Origin: Lingula anatina | Lineage: Eukaryota > Animalia > Brachiopoda | Length of the DNA stretch: 64,000 bases | Assembly (NCBI GenBank): GCA_051362555.1 | Contig: CM120649.1 | Span: 1,426,001-1,490,000 of the forward strand | Reading direction: 5' to 3' | Shown here: positions 39,606 to 51,701 of the stretch, piece by piece | Position numbering within the stretch: position 1 is the stretch's first letter | Layout of the letters: each line of letters starts with the position of its first letter | Notes under the pieces: model-generated | The model's database searches: none | Told to the model about the DNA's origin: nothing | What the model saw: only the letters and a program-made list of their open reading frames with translations | Translations under genes and position numbers: made by a program

Positions 39606-41623
39606 CTAACGCGATTTGGCTATAATATTAAAATGTTTAGGGTGCAGAACAAGCCCGGGTTCAGGAGCCAAATCATAAGTTTCCCCGGGTACTTTCTCAA
39701 AATGACAACGTTGAACAACAGTTGCCACAAAAAGAAAAAGTTCCCATCGGGCCTGTAATTCCCCTAAACAGCGCCTTTTGCCGGCACTAAATGGGAGGAA
39801 ACTCTTGGCGAGCGTCTCGTTCACCGTGTTCTCTGGCGTTAAGAAGCGCTCTGGTCTGAAAACATGGGGGTCCGACCAAATTTTTTCATCGTGACTTATC
39901 GAAAACAAATTCGGTATCACCCACGTCCCTCTAGGGATATGATAGCCATACAGAGTAGTGTCCTTGGTGGTAGCATGAGGCAAGGACAGTGGGGCAATTG
40001 AGGATTTCCTCAGCGTCTCCAAGATGAACGCCTCCGTGTACGGCAAAGACCCCATGTCATCCAGTCGCGGATTTCGCGCTGGGCCGATGACGTCATCGAC
40101 TTCGTTTTGCAGACGTTCTTGAATTTTGGGATCCATTATCATGTAGAGCAGAGCCCATGTTAGCGTCACTGACACAGTGACAGTGCCTGCTCGTAGTAAA
40201 TCTGCAGCTATGTTAGTTATATGCTCGTCTTTGAGTTGCACTTCTTGTTTAATTTCTTCGTTCATTTCACGGCAAGTTTTAATGAAGGAATCCAATATGT
40301 CCCTCACGTGACCTTCCTCAAAAGTTGCGAGGTGCTCTCTCTCTTGTCGACTTAGAATGGATTGCAGTGTGTTATTCACTTCAATGAAACTTTTCAGTTT
40401 GTCTTTCCATAAATATCGAAGCCATGGCAAAATATCAACCAAATTACACGCTGCAACATTCTGAGTAAAATCGCGGACGCTTTTTATCAGTTTCAGATAT
40501 TCAGCATCGCTGCGGCCTAACGTGTGATCCGAGAAACACAGACCGAATGTTATAGAACCAAGTGAAAGATATACGCTGTTTTCTGGATTGAAAGGCTTTC
40601 CGCTATTTCCCAAGAACGTCTCTACCAGATATATTGCTTCTTCCGTCATCGCAATCTCAACAGGGTGAACCTTGTCCTTTAAAAACGCATGCAGTCCGTT
40701 TAAGGCAATGGTTCTTCTCACTTTCCAACGAGGACCAACATCGCAGAAGGCCATGCTTTTACCGTTTTCAATGAACTGAAACGTATGAAAACTCGGCCGT
40801 CCTACAATAAAAATTTAAATATTACAAAAATAAAATGCTTTTAGAAGTACAAGTCTATTGCAATTCTTCATTACATTTCAGCGACCTGCGCATGCTAATC
40901 TACACGTTAGTTATTCTACCTTGACTCTTTTTACACAGACGGCGCATTTCACATTGCAACCAACACGAAAAGCTGCATACGATGGAAAAGATGTTCGCAA
41001 ATCACAACAAATATTTATATGTATTGTCATGGATGCATGGTTTCAGTTTTTCTCTTGTTGTTGACCACTATGCAAATCAACCAATCAGATTTCTGAATGA
41101 ATTCTAAAATGTATCCCAATTTATTAAAATGAAGTTCTGTAAGGCTACTAAAGCAATAACCTAACAGTTAATAGTCAGACTGTAATTCCACATATAAGAT
41201 GCAAGATTTTAAGTAAACTAATAGATATGAAATCACCCACAACTGTTTCCTTTGATCTTTAAAAACTGAAATGATGTAAGACATCTAGGTCCCAACCCAA
41301 CAGGTGTCTTTCTTACCTGCAAAGTTTTCCCCTAGTTGAACTAAGGCGTGGCGAACGGTCTCCAGTCCATTCAGAACGACGGCTCTATGCACTCCTATTT
41401 TCAGGCAATACACGTCGCCGTACGTCTTCCTTAGCTCCGTTAGAACAAGGTGCCTGTTCGTCTTCAGTTTAGGGAGATATCCAATAAATGGCCACCCCCA
41501 AGGACCAGGAGGGAGCAGTCTGAAGATTCTGTACCATTTCCATAATCTGAAGATAATAGAAGATGACAGACCCACAATAAGTGCCGTAACTATCGCCTGG
41601 TACAAAACTTCGTGATCGTCCAT
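39606..41623 (-). CDS. Cytochrome P450, clan 2, CYP1-like; two exons (41623-41317, 40801-39606), 500 aa
   Basis: N-terminal TM plus LPPGPWGWPFIG hinge; FAG|RP spliced across a phase-1 intron (G|gtaaga...ttgtag|GA); K-helix ETLR, PERF, and heme motif FSAGKRRCLGE resembling the CYP1 family. Confidence 0.93.
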
Positions 41624-41793
41624 ATTTTCTTTTCGTTTTGCCTTCGTGTGACACCCTCCTTGGTTCAGCTCAGTTCAAATTTGCATGACACTTTAGATGT
41701 AAGCAGTCCCGCAGGCGTACCCATGGACGCACTATGCGTGTAAAATTTAATTTGCCTTAATGGCCTTATTAGGCGATAGATACAGTACGAGTC

Positions 41794-41876
41794 GCCGAGC
41801 TGTACGTGAAATATTACGATTGTAGAGCCACAGGCGAAACAATTAACACACGAGTAATATTCACGTACAGCTCGGC
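41794..41876. repeat. Inverted repeat (about 23-bp arms) about 170 bp upstream of the CYP start codon; probable MITE core
   Basis: gccgagctgtacgtgaaatattac ... gtaatattcacgtacagctcggc. Confidence 0.7.
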
Positions 41877-41977
41877 AACGAGTGTTTTATATGGCTTGAA
41901 CAACGACCTCTGATTGGCTACTACACTGCCCTTGCGATATTTTATTCATACATATTAGGGGCCCTTGTGGTCCCTTA

Positions 41978-42370
41978 GACCCCATTCCCAGAGCTTTTAG
42001 ATCGATCTATCCCCGCGGGGGGTCTCACTAGATTACTGTCAGAGAATCCGGCTTAAATGCCCGTCCCGCCTACTACAAGCTGTAAGGGGGTAATTAACTT
42101 TCGTGCCCGCTCGGCGTTAGGGAGTTAGGTCGATCTAAAGTAGATCGATCTAATCTCTGGGTATGGGGTCTTAGACCCCATTCCCACAGATTTTAGATCG
42201 ATCTATCTCTGTGGGGAGTCTCACTAGATTACTGTCAGCTTAGCCGGCTACTAAAAGCTGTAAGGGGGTAATTAACTGCTGTGCGTGCTCGGCTGGCTGC
42301 AATTTAGCGTGAACCCCCAGGGAATTAGGTCGATCCGGATAGGTCGATCTAAATCTCTGGGGATGCACTC
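41978..42370. mobile_element. Two tandem family B MITEs (41978-42170, 42174-42370) separated and flanked by TTA
   Basis: tta|gaccccatt...tatggggtc|tta|gaccccatt...gatgcactc|tta. Confidence 0.8.
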
Positions 42371-43786
42371 TTATTCCTGTGTTGCACGATGGAGGACAAG
42401 GCTGAACACGCCTTTACAGACCCCTCGACCAACCCAGCCGCTTAGGGCAGCAGCAGTAGCAACAGTTTAGATACTGAGAAGTTCCCCCCATAAAGAAGAG
42501 AAAAAAAAACACTACTTCTTCTCCCCGTCATGTAATGATATTAAGGATACCTTGATACTTCATGTGCCTTCACAGATTAGGAAAATTGTCATTGTCAAAG
42601 AAGGTAGGAAATTTACTTTGGAAGTTTAGATTTCTAAACTTTCGTTTTCACATTCTGTATTGTGAGTAACTTGTCGTTCAAATTCGAAAACGGAACATTT
42701 TTCGGGGGTTAATGCTGTTCCATGATATCAAAAGTTTGAGAAACGACTTTTTTGCACTGTTGTCTGTTCCGTGGTGGGTGCTAGGACCCGATATACACGT
42801 AACTTGTATGTCGAATACAGCACGGCCGAGTCTTTTGTTCTACGCGCTAGCTGTGGTTTAAAGGGTATGACAGCTCTTCAAATGAGATTCAAAATTCCAC
42901 AATAAATACATTGAAAACAACACATCCATAGAAATATAATAAAGTCAATTTTACCACCAAAAAGGCGGTTAACGCAAGTATTCTGATATCTGTGCTCGAC
43001 ACTGGGCCACGTGGACCTTCATAGATGGTTATCATCCGAAATACTCTTAAGATTAAAAAAATAATAGATAAATAAATAAGACAAGAGAAAAACAAATTAA
43101 AAAATCGACTAACTTCGAATATCGAAACGGATTGATTAATCTTAGGTAAATGTGTAAGCATTGTCGTTTACCCCAGGAAAATCTGTCTCTGCCGATTTTC
43201 CCGTCAAAAATGAAAGAGTTGTTATCCCTTTAACTTCATAATGCAGGCCAGTGTTTCATTCGTCCGAGTTAAAATCAATCAATTTGTTATCACTGCAGTC
43301 TGACATTTTGACAAAACAATTTTCACTGCCAGATATATTGAATATATATAATAAACCACAAGAGTTCTATATTTATCTCCGTTTTCAGAGAATTGAATAT
43401 TTTTTAATACTTTTGCCGGGCATACTGCTACTTAGCCAGCTAGCTCATGCGAAGATATACTGTAAAGTATACCATGTAAGGCTTAACGCAGTGCATTGTC
43501 TGTTTTATTTATCTAGCATGGGTTTTAACCCAGGTCACGTCAGGTCAGGCCAACACTAGTCAGTAGCTCCCTGTACCTGTTCGCCCTGACAATAAGGATA
43601 ACTGCAACAAAGCCAGCAGTGCAAGGCGAAACATTTATTTCAAGTGCATGTCGATTATCTAAAAAGGGGTCAGTGCTTTCATCTCAAGTTTCATTCTATT
43701 GTGCCATTATATGTACTTTTCGCGTCCCCTTGTACAACTAAACGCAACTTCACTTTCCAAATGCAGACCTTAAAAACGATAAGACT

Positions 43787-43838
<52 letters not shown>

Positions 43839-44554
43839 AAAATAGGGCTACATGTAACTAACATCAAGGCCAGTTGTAAGGAACTGAATCAAGCCTACCC
43901 AACTACCAGACTCGGCACCAAATAATCCCGAATTCGCCGGTAGATCGGACCACACTACCCGCATTCAAGGTGTGCGTCAGTACGCGCTTCGAAGTATCAG
44001 TCGCTACACCGCTCTTGCCTAGTAGGCCTACACGGTGTGATAGCGATGATTCTGAGCGGGATTGGAAAGTAGTGAATCTCATCTCAAAATTCATATCCTT
44101 TTCTTTTGAAAAATGCATATTTTGGTCTAACTGACTGGCCGGTTGTAATTAAGGCACTGTATCATTTTGACAGGGCTGGGTCGAACAATGAATCGTGAAC
44201 CGCAGAAATTCGTTTCCTTAAATATTTCGAGGAAAATTCGGTTTGGCAGGAAAATTCCAAAATACACACTGGGGATAAAATTGCAAACTTTCCTTTGATT
44301 AGGCCTTTCAACCAGTTTTATAAGAATAAGAATAGCAATCAGATAAACTTAATGTAAACTGATGCGATGAGAAATGCTGTATATATCCATATGGATACCG
44401 CATTATCAGTGAAACTGGCCAAGAATTCGAAGCAAATCTCTTCTTCTCCCCAGCCTATCATACCTGTAGTTGCAGCAATGATATCCGTGAATCACTGAGG
44501 TAATAAAATATATATAAATATAATCACGACAAGTTGTCGCAGACTCGTGTGCAT

Positions 44555-44825
44555 CAGGGGCGGTTCCAGGATTATTTGAAGGGAGGGCGGAGGATGCGAA
44601 ATCGCCCCCCCCCCCCCGCCCCACTTGGCGTGGGGTTCGGGGCCCTTCAGCGTGCTTCGAAAAAAGCATTGGTATTTTAGAGGGCGAACGGTATCATTTG
44701 GTACGGTTTAGTACTATGATAAGATCAGCTGGTCAAAATTCTGATTTCAAGGGACCAGAAATCGAATCGAAGGGGGGGGGAGGGGGGTCAGGACCCCCCT
44801 GACGCCCCCTCTAAATCCGCCACTG
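44555..44825. mobile_element. MITE family D copy
   Basis: Shares cattggtattttag..ggcgaacggtatcatttg...gggtcaggacccccctgac...ctaaatccgccactg with 38623-39047. Confidence 0.7.
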
Positions 44826-45503
44826 TATCATCCACATGACATCAACAGAAATGAAGATTATGATTAGAAGGAGAAAAAAAGAAAAGAAAAAAGAAAACCA
44901 ACAGTTAAAGTACGCACTCACATCGAGAATCTACATGTACGTATGTCCACAGACTTCAAATTAAACTTTGTAAGTGTTTAATCACCGATAATTCAAATCT
45001 GGAAAACTTTTAAAACAATTTTACACTGGTTAAGAGTCACGTCACAAAATGAACATCAGAATGCAGAATGTTTTGCATGTACGTCACGTGCGAAGGTCTT
45101 CATGCAAAATGTGCAAAATATCCTTTCTTTAGACGAATTAAGTACACGGGAGAGATTTTCATTTAGCAAGTGGTCAACCCATGGGCAGAAATAATTAACA
45201 ATCTTTCTATGAAATGATAAATAAATAAATAAATAAGTAAATAAATAAAATAAGCTAACCTAAAACTTCTCTAGGAACATTTAGTCCTCCCGGACCTAAA
45301 ATGAACTAATTAAATATAAATTAGATATAAATGTGTTTTTCAGTGCTACAAAGTACACGTAGGCTTAAATTGGCTCACTAGATTGAAACCAGGATGTGGA
45401 ATGTCGTCATCTAACTATAGCTTACGTTTCCTTAAAATATAGAGATTAAATATGTAGATATATTTAAAAATTAACTGGGGTGTTGCATTTTGTAATTAAT
45501 TGT

Positions 45504-45505
<2 letters not shown>

Positions 45506-45584
<79 letters not shown>
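45506..45584. repeat. (AAT)n microsatellite
   Basis: Direct reading. Confidence 0.95.
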
Positions 45585-45585
<1 letters not shown>

Positions 45586-45968
45586 GTTCAATGCAGATAT
45601 TTATATATTATATATATGAATGACATATCAAAAACTTTATTACTCTTTTTCTCTAAGTGTGCCTCGTTCAAGCGAAATTCTGCAAATGTTCTTCAAGAAG
45701 TGACATATAAAAGATTTAGCCTACATGCTGTGTAAATGTGGAAATGAACTCCCTATAGAAACATCTAGCGGGCCTCTGCAGGGCCTCACGTAGACTAAAG
45801 CTAGGGTAATCTTGAAGGAGAGAATTGTAATTTAAACGTCACTTTAGAATAGCAAACTTACCCTGTCTTCTGTCAGTTTAAAAATTATTCAATGCGTCAT
45901 CGTCATGTGCACTTAATGTTTACTTGTACATGTAGATACACGTCAGATTTAAAGCGGGACCCTTAAAT

Positions 45969-46002
45969 TATAAAAGCATTTGTCTAATGACATGTCGTCA
46001 TT
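45969..46002 (+). promoter_or_regulatory. Putative core promoter of scramblase gene (TATA plus Inr)
   Basis: TATAAAAG at 45969-45976; TCATT initiator-like motif with A at 46000, 31 nt downstream; strong donors follow at 46011|gtaagc and 46021|gtgaga. Confidence 0.5.
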
Positions 46003-46297
46003 AAGATTAAGGTAAGCACAGGTGAGAAGTCATTTTTCTTTCTTTTTTATTATATTTGTTTAAGTAATGATTTTTATTAAAGTGAAACATTTAGAGTTTA
46101 GCCGTTCTGTCAATGTTTAACCACCTTTGTTGACAAATCCACGCCCATGGATGTTTACGGTGTTCCGTCGATTGTTGTCTATCATAAAGTTCTACATATA
46201 TTTAGGCAATGGGTTGATAAAATTTTCTGACTGAATGATATTTTTGTTCTTAGTTCTAACTGCTACATGCTACATGTTCTGACTATCTCTTTCCTAG

Positions 46298-46465
46298 ATA
46301 AATTCGTACAGACAAAGCTGTACAGACAAAGCTCAAAGATTGCAAAGGGAGGATAAACGAAAGAAGTAACAGCATTGAAGAAATATAGGTCAATTGAAAG
46401 CGAGACTAGTTTAATCCTCACTGAAACTTACGCATTTCACCTGCAAAAGGAAATAATTTAAACAG
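46298..46465 (+). other. Putative 5' non-coding exon of scramblase
   Basis: ctctttcctag| ... aacag|gtaagt; no ATG seen inside. Confidence 0.5.
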
Positions 46466-47552
46466 GTAAGTGAACCTATTCTGCTTTGATTATATCAATA
46501 TTATATTTTAATGTAAATCTTGTGTGTCTAATGTATTTAACTAAGTAAACTTGAAGAATCGTGAACCACTAACGCGCCAGAGTTTACTGAGCAGGCATCG
46601 TGATGGTGATGATGGTTTAAAATACCCTAATATTTCTCTCGATCATACGGGTGGGTTGGGTTTGTGGGGTGGGGTCGTCTTAGGTAGTCAGAATCTGAAT
46701 CGTGCCAGACCATATATGATGTAGGCTTTAACATGTAGGGGATATAACTGGAGAGAATAGACCCCGGTACATGGAAGACAAATTCATGTAGTAGCACTCC
46801 CACTTAAAACTAACTCATGAATTTTCATACTACCGCTAGCAGAGGAGATCAGCATTTGTTTAGATTAGAAATGGAAATGGCATTTGTTTAATAATGAAAA
46901 CTGATTTTATTTTATTTATTATCTTTATTTGTCTCTGGGTGTCTTAGCCATGTATCTTATATTTTAGTTACTGTACATTCTGTTTTATGATGGCTGGACA
47001 TGAGAAGAAAGTGATATTCACTCTCAACTTGAATTCAGCATGCCGATAGATTTAATAAAATGAAGCTGTCTTCATTAGTTTTTGCCCCTGATGTAAACAA
47101 CAGTGTTGTGGATGTTTAAAAGCACTGGGAATATTTGTATGCTCCCTGAAATCCCCTGTTGTCAGATTTATATTTATCACAAACAGGAAAAGATCACAAC
47201 CTCTAGACATATAAAGTGGCCAAGGTTAGATCTTCAATATTGGTTTATATATGTCAAATAGGATTTGTTTGATAACATAGCTTCTTTGAACAGATGTTTC
47301 AGTATATTTGATCAGATATATTGATGTCAGTGGCATCATTGCTGTCAAATATACTTGGCTAATGATATTTATATTGATTGAGGTTAAGCCTAATCTTGAT
47401 TATTAGTCATTGTGGCAGCAGTGAATAACATTAAGAGTATAAGCTTGATTTATCGATGTGAAGTACATGTTACTGATGTGAGTTTTATCAAGTTGCTGAG
47501 AGCTGCTAGTATCTGATAAGTTATCTAGATTCAGAGTTATCCCCTCCCCCAC

Positions 47553-47594
47553 CTCTCCCTCTCTCTCTCTCTCTCTCTTTCTCTGTCTCTCTCT

Positions 47595-47641
<47 letters not shown>

Positions 47642-47762
47642 CTTTCTCTCATTCTCTCTCTCTCATTCTCTCTCTCTCTCTCTCTTTCTCTTTCTCTCAT
47701 TCTCTCTCTCTTTCTCTCTCTCTCTTTCTCTTTCTCTCATTCTCTTTCTCTCATTCTCTCTT

Positions 47763-47819
<57 letters not shown>
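47553..47819. repeat. (CT)n-(CA)n compound microsatellite
   Basis: Direct reading. Confidence 0.95.
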
Positions 47820-47820
<1 letters not shown>

Positions 47821-48037
47821 TTAAAGAGTTGACAGATTTCATAGGAACAGCTTTGATTTATTTTATGTTTTCCAAATAATGAATCTTCTGTAAAACATTT
47901 TGAAAGTTGATTCCTTTGGGTATAAATGCAAGTTAAACTCGAAATGTTTTTGTGGCAGACTGCAAATGTTTGTGTGAAAAAATTAGACATCAAAATGAGA
48001 AAGGCTGTTGAATTTAATGATTATTTTGGTAATTTAC

Positions 48038-49400
48038 TTTTTATGTACAGACACAGATGTGTCTGTACATATAGCCATCATCTGCGTCTGTCGTCGCCGT
48101 CGCCGTCGTCGCTGTCGCCGTCGTCGCCGTCGTCGCCGTCGCCGTGCACTTTTACCGATAACACGATAAGTGGAAAACCATTTTGCCTTTTGATTTGAAA
48201 CTTGCAGAACTGATGAATATTCATAATACGCAGGTCAAGTTCGAAAATCAGCATGATCGGGTCACTCTTAGGGAATTTATGCTGTTTTTTCACTTTTTTC
48301 AACATATATGCAGCACCGATAACACAATAAGTGGAAAACCATTTTACCCTTTGGCTTGAAACTTACAGAACTGATGAATATTCATAATATGCAGGTCAAG
48401 TTCGAAAATCGGCATGATTGGGCCATTTTTAGGGAATTTATGCTGTTTTTTCACTTTTTCAGCATATATGCAGCACCGATAACACAGTAAGTGGAAAACC
48501 ATTTTACCTTTTGGCTTGAAACTTACAGAACTGATGAATATTCATAATATGCAGGTCAAGTTCGAAAATCGGCATGATTGGGCCATTTTTAGGGAATTTA
48601 TGCTGTTTTTTCACTTTTTCAGCATATATGCAGCACCGATAACACAGTAAGTGGAAAACCATTTTACCTTTTGGCTTGAAACTTACAGAACTGATGAAAA
48701 TTCTTAATACGCAGGTCAAGTTCGAAAATCAGCATGATTGGGCCATTTTTAGGGAATTTATGCTGTTTTTTCACTTTTTTCAGCATATATGCAGCACCGA
48801 TAACACGATAAGTGGAAAACCATTTTACCTTTTGGCTTGAAACTTACAGAACTGATGAATATTCATAATACGCAGGTCAAGTTCGAAAAACAGCATGATT
48901 GGGTCATTTTTAGGGAATTTATGCTGTTTTTTCACTTTTTTCAGCATATATGCAGCACCGATAACACGATAAGTGGAAAACCATTTTACCTTTTGGCTTG
49001 AAACTTACAGAACTGATGAATATTTATAATACGCAGGTCAAGTTTGAAAATCAGCTTTATCGGGTCATTTTTATGGAAGTTATGCTATTTTTTCATTTTT
49101 TTAGCATATATGCAACACTGATACACGATAAGTGAAAAACTGTTTTACCTTTTGGCTTGAAACTTACAGAACTGATGAATATTCATATTACATAGGCAAA
49201 GTTTGAAAATCAGCGTGATTGGACCAATTTTATGGAAGTTATGCTGTTTTTTTCACTTTTTTCAGCATGTATGCAATACCGCTAACACATTTCAAGAAAA
49301 ATCAATTGGCCAATTGTCTTGAAATTTACAGGGGAGATCAGTCTTACTGAAATACAGATGGAGTTTGAAAATGGTTCAGTTTTGGTGAAGTTATGCCTTT
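48038..49400. mobile_element. Helentron/HINE-like non-autonomous element carrying a tandem array
   Basis: T-run, then a 14-bp-stem hairpin (tatgtacagacaca-ga-tgtgtctgtacata), a (GTC/GCC)n microsatellite and 160-161-bp tandem units; the right end was not resolved. Confidence 0.55.
48154..49290. repeat. Tandem repeat, about 161-bp unit, 7 full copies plus a degenerate partial
   Basis: Unit start accgataacac recurs at about 48154, 48315, 48475, 48635, 48796, 48957, 49117 and 49277. Confidence 0.95.
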
Positions 49401-50714
49401 TTTTGTATATAAGTGTTTTTTTTTTCCTTTGATTTAATTCTTAGGCATGTTAAGAATCTCCTCTGTGAACTAATTAAATATGTAAAGGTGTTCTTTTGAC
49501 ATTTTCTGCATCTTAACAATATTGTTAGTTGATTATATAAAAAAGATGGTTAACCTGTTATTGTGTATTATATAAGAAAGTGTCAAAAATGGAAATAATA
49601 ATAAACTCATATCTTTACAGTTTGTCAGATTCAATCATTCACCATGTTCAGAATCTCAGAATGGAGCAAAATGGCAATTTAAAATTGTTCTATTGATATT
49701 TTTCCTATGACAGCAATTTTCTTAGTTGTTCATTTAAAAATGACAGTAAATTGATTATTTTGTTATATGAAAAAAAGATGTTGAAAATGGAAAGAAAATC
49801 AATTCAATACAGTTATCTTTTGTTTACATTTTAGCATTTTGAAAGTTTGACTCTGAACTTCCATGGCCTTGAAGACATTTCCATGTCACATTTTCTGTAA
49901 ATCCATGATACTTTTATTTTATTATTAAAAATTAATGGTCATTATATTATATTGCATAAAAGTTGAAGAAAACCCTAATTTTGGAAATGGCTGCCGGAAT
50001 GACCATTAAGGAAAAACCATGTTACTTATGATACTCAAACTTACTGAAAAGTTTCGTAAGACTGATGTGCAGTTTGTGTTGGAAAATCAGTGTGATTGTT
50101 TTCCGTTTTGGAAGCAATGTAGCTCTATAGAGTGCTATATGGGGCTACTGTGTATGGATGGTGGTAATTGCCCCTTGGGATAGTCACAAGCTAAATTCAG
50201 AGCTATAAAATCATTTGCCTAATTGATTTCCAAGTGCCCATTAAATAAGATTACATAAAACACACGCTGAGACTTCCCAGTAAAGTCCCATAGGTTAAGC
50301 TCTCTTAACTGTGTCACATAATTAGGAATCTATGATAATTATGCAGGTAAATGTTGTTTAATATTGCAAATAAGTTAACAAAACAAAACAAAAAAATAGA
50401 TGAATAACAGTGTCTTATTATCCTCAAACACATTGGGGTTATTCATATCATGTTATTACAGCAAGATTAAAAGTTTGAATAGTAGCTTTAATGGGATATT
50501 TTTGTGTTTTCTTTTTAATTTTTTTTTTCAAACACTGGCATTTTCAGCTCCCATCCACCTGAAGCTCTTCACATTTTCTGTATTTCCACATAAGCAGTTG
50601 CATTGGTTTTTATGTCTTTAAACATTATGTAATATTATTTTATGCACTGTCATCATTATTTAGATATTGGGATTTTCATTATGTGAATTTGGTCCTGAAA
50701 CTGTAATCTTATTG

Positions 50715-50870
50715 CAGGGGTGGATTGAGGCCATCTTCTGGGTCTTTCAGATTTTAAAGTTCACATTGATGGGCATCTCTTTTTTCTGTTGGAAGACCAT
50801 CAAAAATGTAGGATGGATCAACAAAGATAATTTGGAATACTGTCAGAAAATATCTCTGGATCAGCTCCTG
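50715..50870. mobile_element. MITE family C copy (PLSCR intron)
   Basis: Aligns with 17088-17256, with CpG-to-TpG changes. Confidence 0.7.
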
Positions 50871-51670
50871 TTATTGATGATGTCACCTGTTGTGCATGAT
50901 TAAATTTCAGCGTTGATTGACAGTGCTATTGTAGGCATCAAAATTGACAAAATGAACCATTTTCTGCATTTTTATTTTGTGTTTTTGTCTGTACATTTGA
51001 CAGCTTTGCTGCCTTGTTTAAAAACTAGTACTAGTAGCCATGTGTTATAAAGGCCCCCTGCTGGTTACTCTGTTGACCAGTATCACTTTCAACTAGAAAT
51101 TTTTGATCTCTTAGTTATGTCCTATCAGCCCTATGCCCAACACTTATGTAATTTAATTCCTAACATACCAGATAAATGCACCCGTTCTGTATCATATAGT
51201 TAGTCCAGGTATTCCTATTTGGCGCCATTCAGATATTTATCACATATATATCTGTTACAAGAGCTGCATTGGGCAGTCAGCTTGGAAAATCAAAGACTGT
51301 TCTGTGGTACTTCCTCATAAAATTTGTATGTACTAGTACCTAACTTAAAGTAAATACATGTAATTTTTTTGTTCAAAAAATTTGCACACTCATCTTCTTC
51401 AAATATCTTTGAAAAAAAAAAATCATTTTGCTACTAGTTACCCAAGAAACATTTTTGTTAATGCTGAAAGTAAAATGAATATATCCATGATATGTGATCC
51501 ATGTATGACCTACACAAAATAAGAGCAGAGAACCCCTAATCTTTTATAAGCATCACAGGTGTCTAAAATGTGCTTTGTTTAGGGTTAAGCTAAATTTTTT
51601 CAGTTTATTTTAGATCACTGTTTAATATTTTTAGGTAGTAACCAATACGAGGCGGACAAGAGCAGTCAGG

Positions 51671-51701
51671 ATGCAGCAACCAGTGATGCAGCAGCCAGGA
51701 G
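51671..51701 (+). CDS. PLSCR coding exon C1
   Basis: Acceptor ttttag at 51634; [10 protein letters not shown] then G|gtcagt; phase 1 matches C2. Confidence 0.65.

Noticed and set aside
39606-41623. 382-aa and 112-aa ORFs as separate or truncated P450 genes
   Set aside because: They splice in frame through a canonical phase-1 intron into one 500-aa P450.
42305-42311. AhR xenobiotic response element (TNGCGTG) upstream of the CYP1-like gene
   Set aside because: A single 7-mer inside a MITE (another at about 44627 is also in a MITE) is expected by chance; there is no cluster.
43644-43925. Poly-Lys ORF or retroposon poly(A) tail
   Set aside because: The ORF is an artefact of a roughly 45-nt A run; no target duplication or SINE/LINE body was recognised.
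48154-49290. Regularly spaced repeats as a CRISPR array
   Set aside because: The units are contiguous 161-bp tandem copies with no unique spacers; the context is eukaryotic and there are no cas genes.
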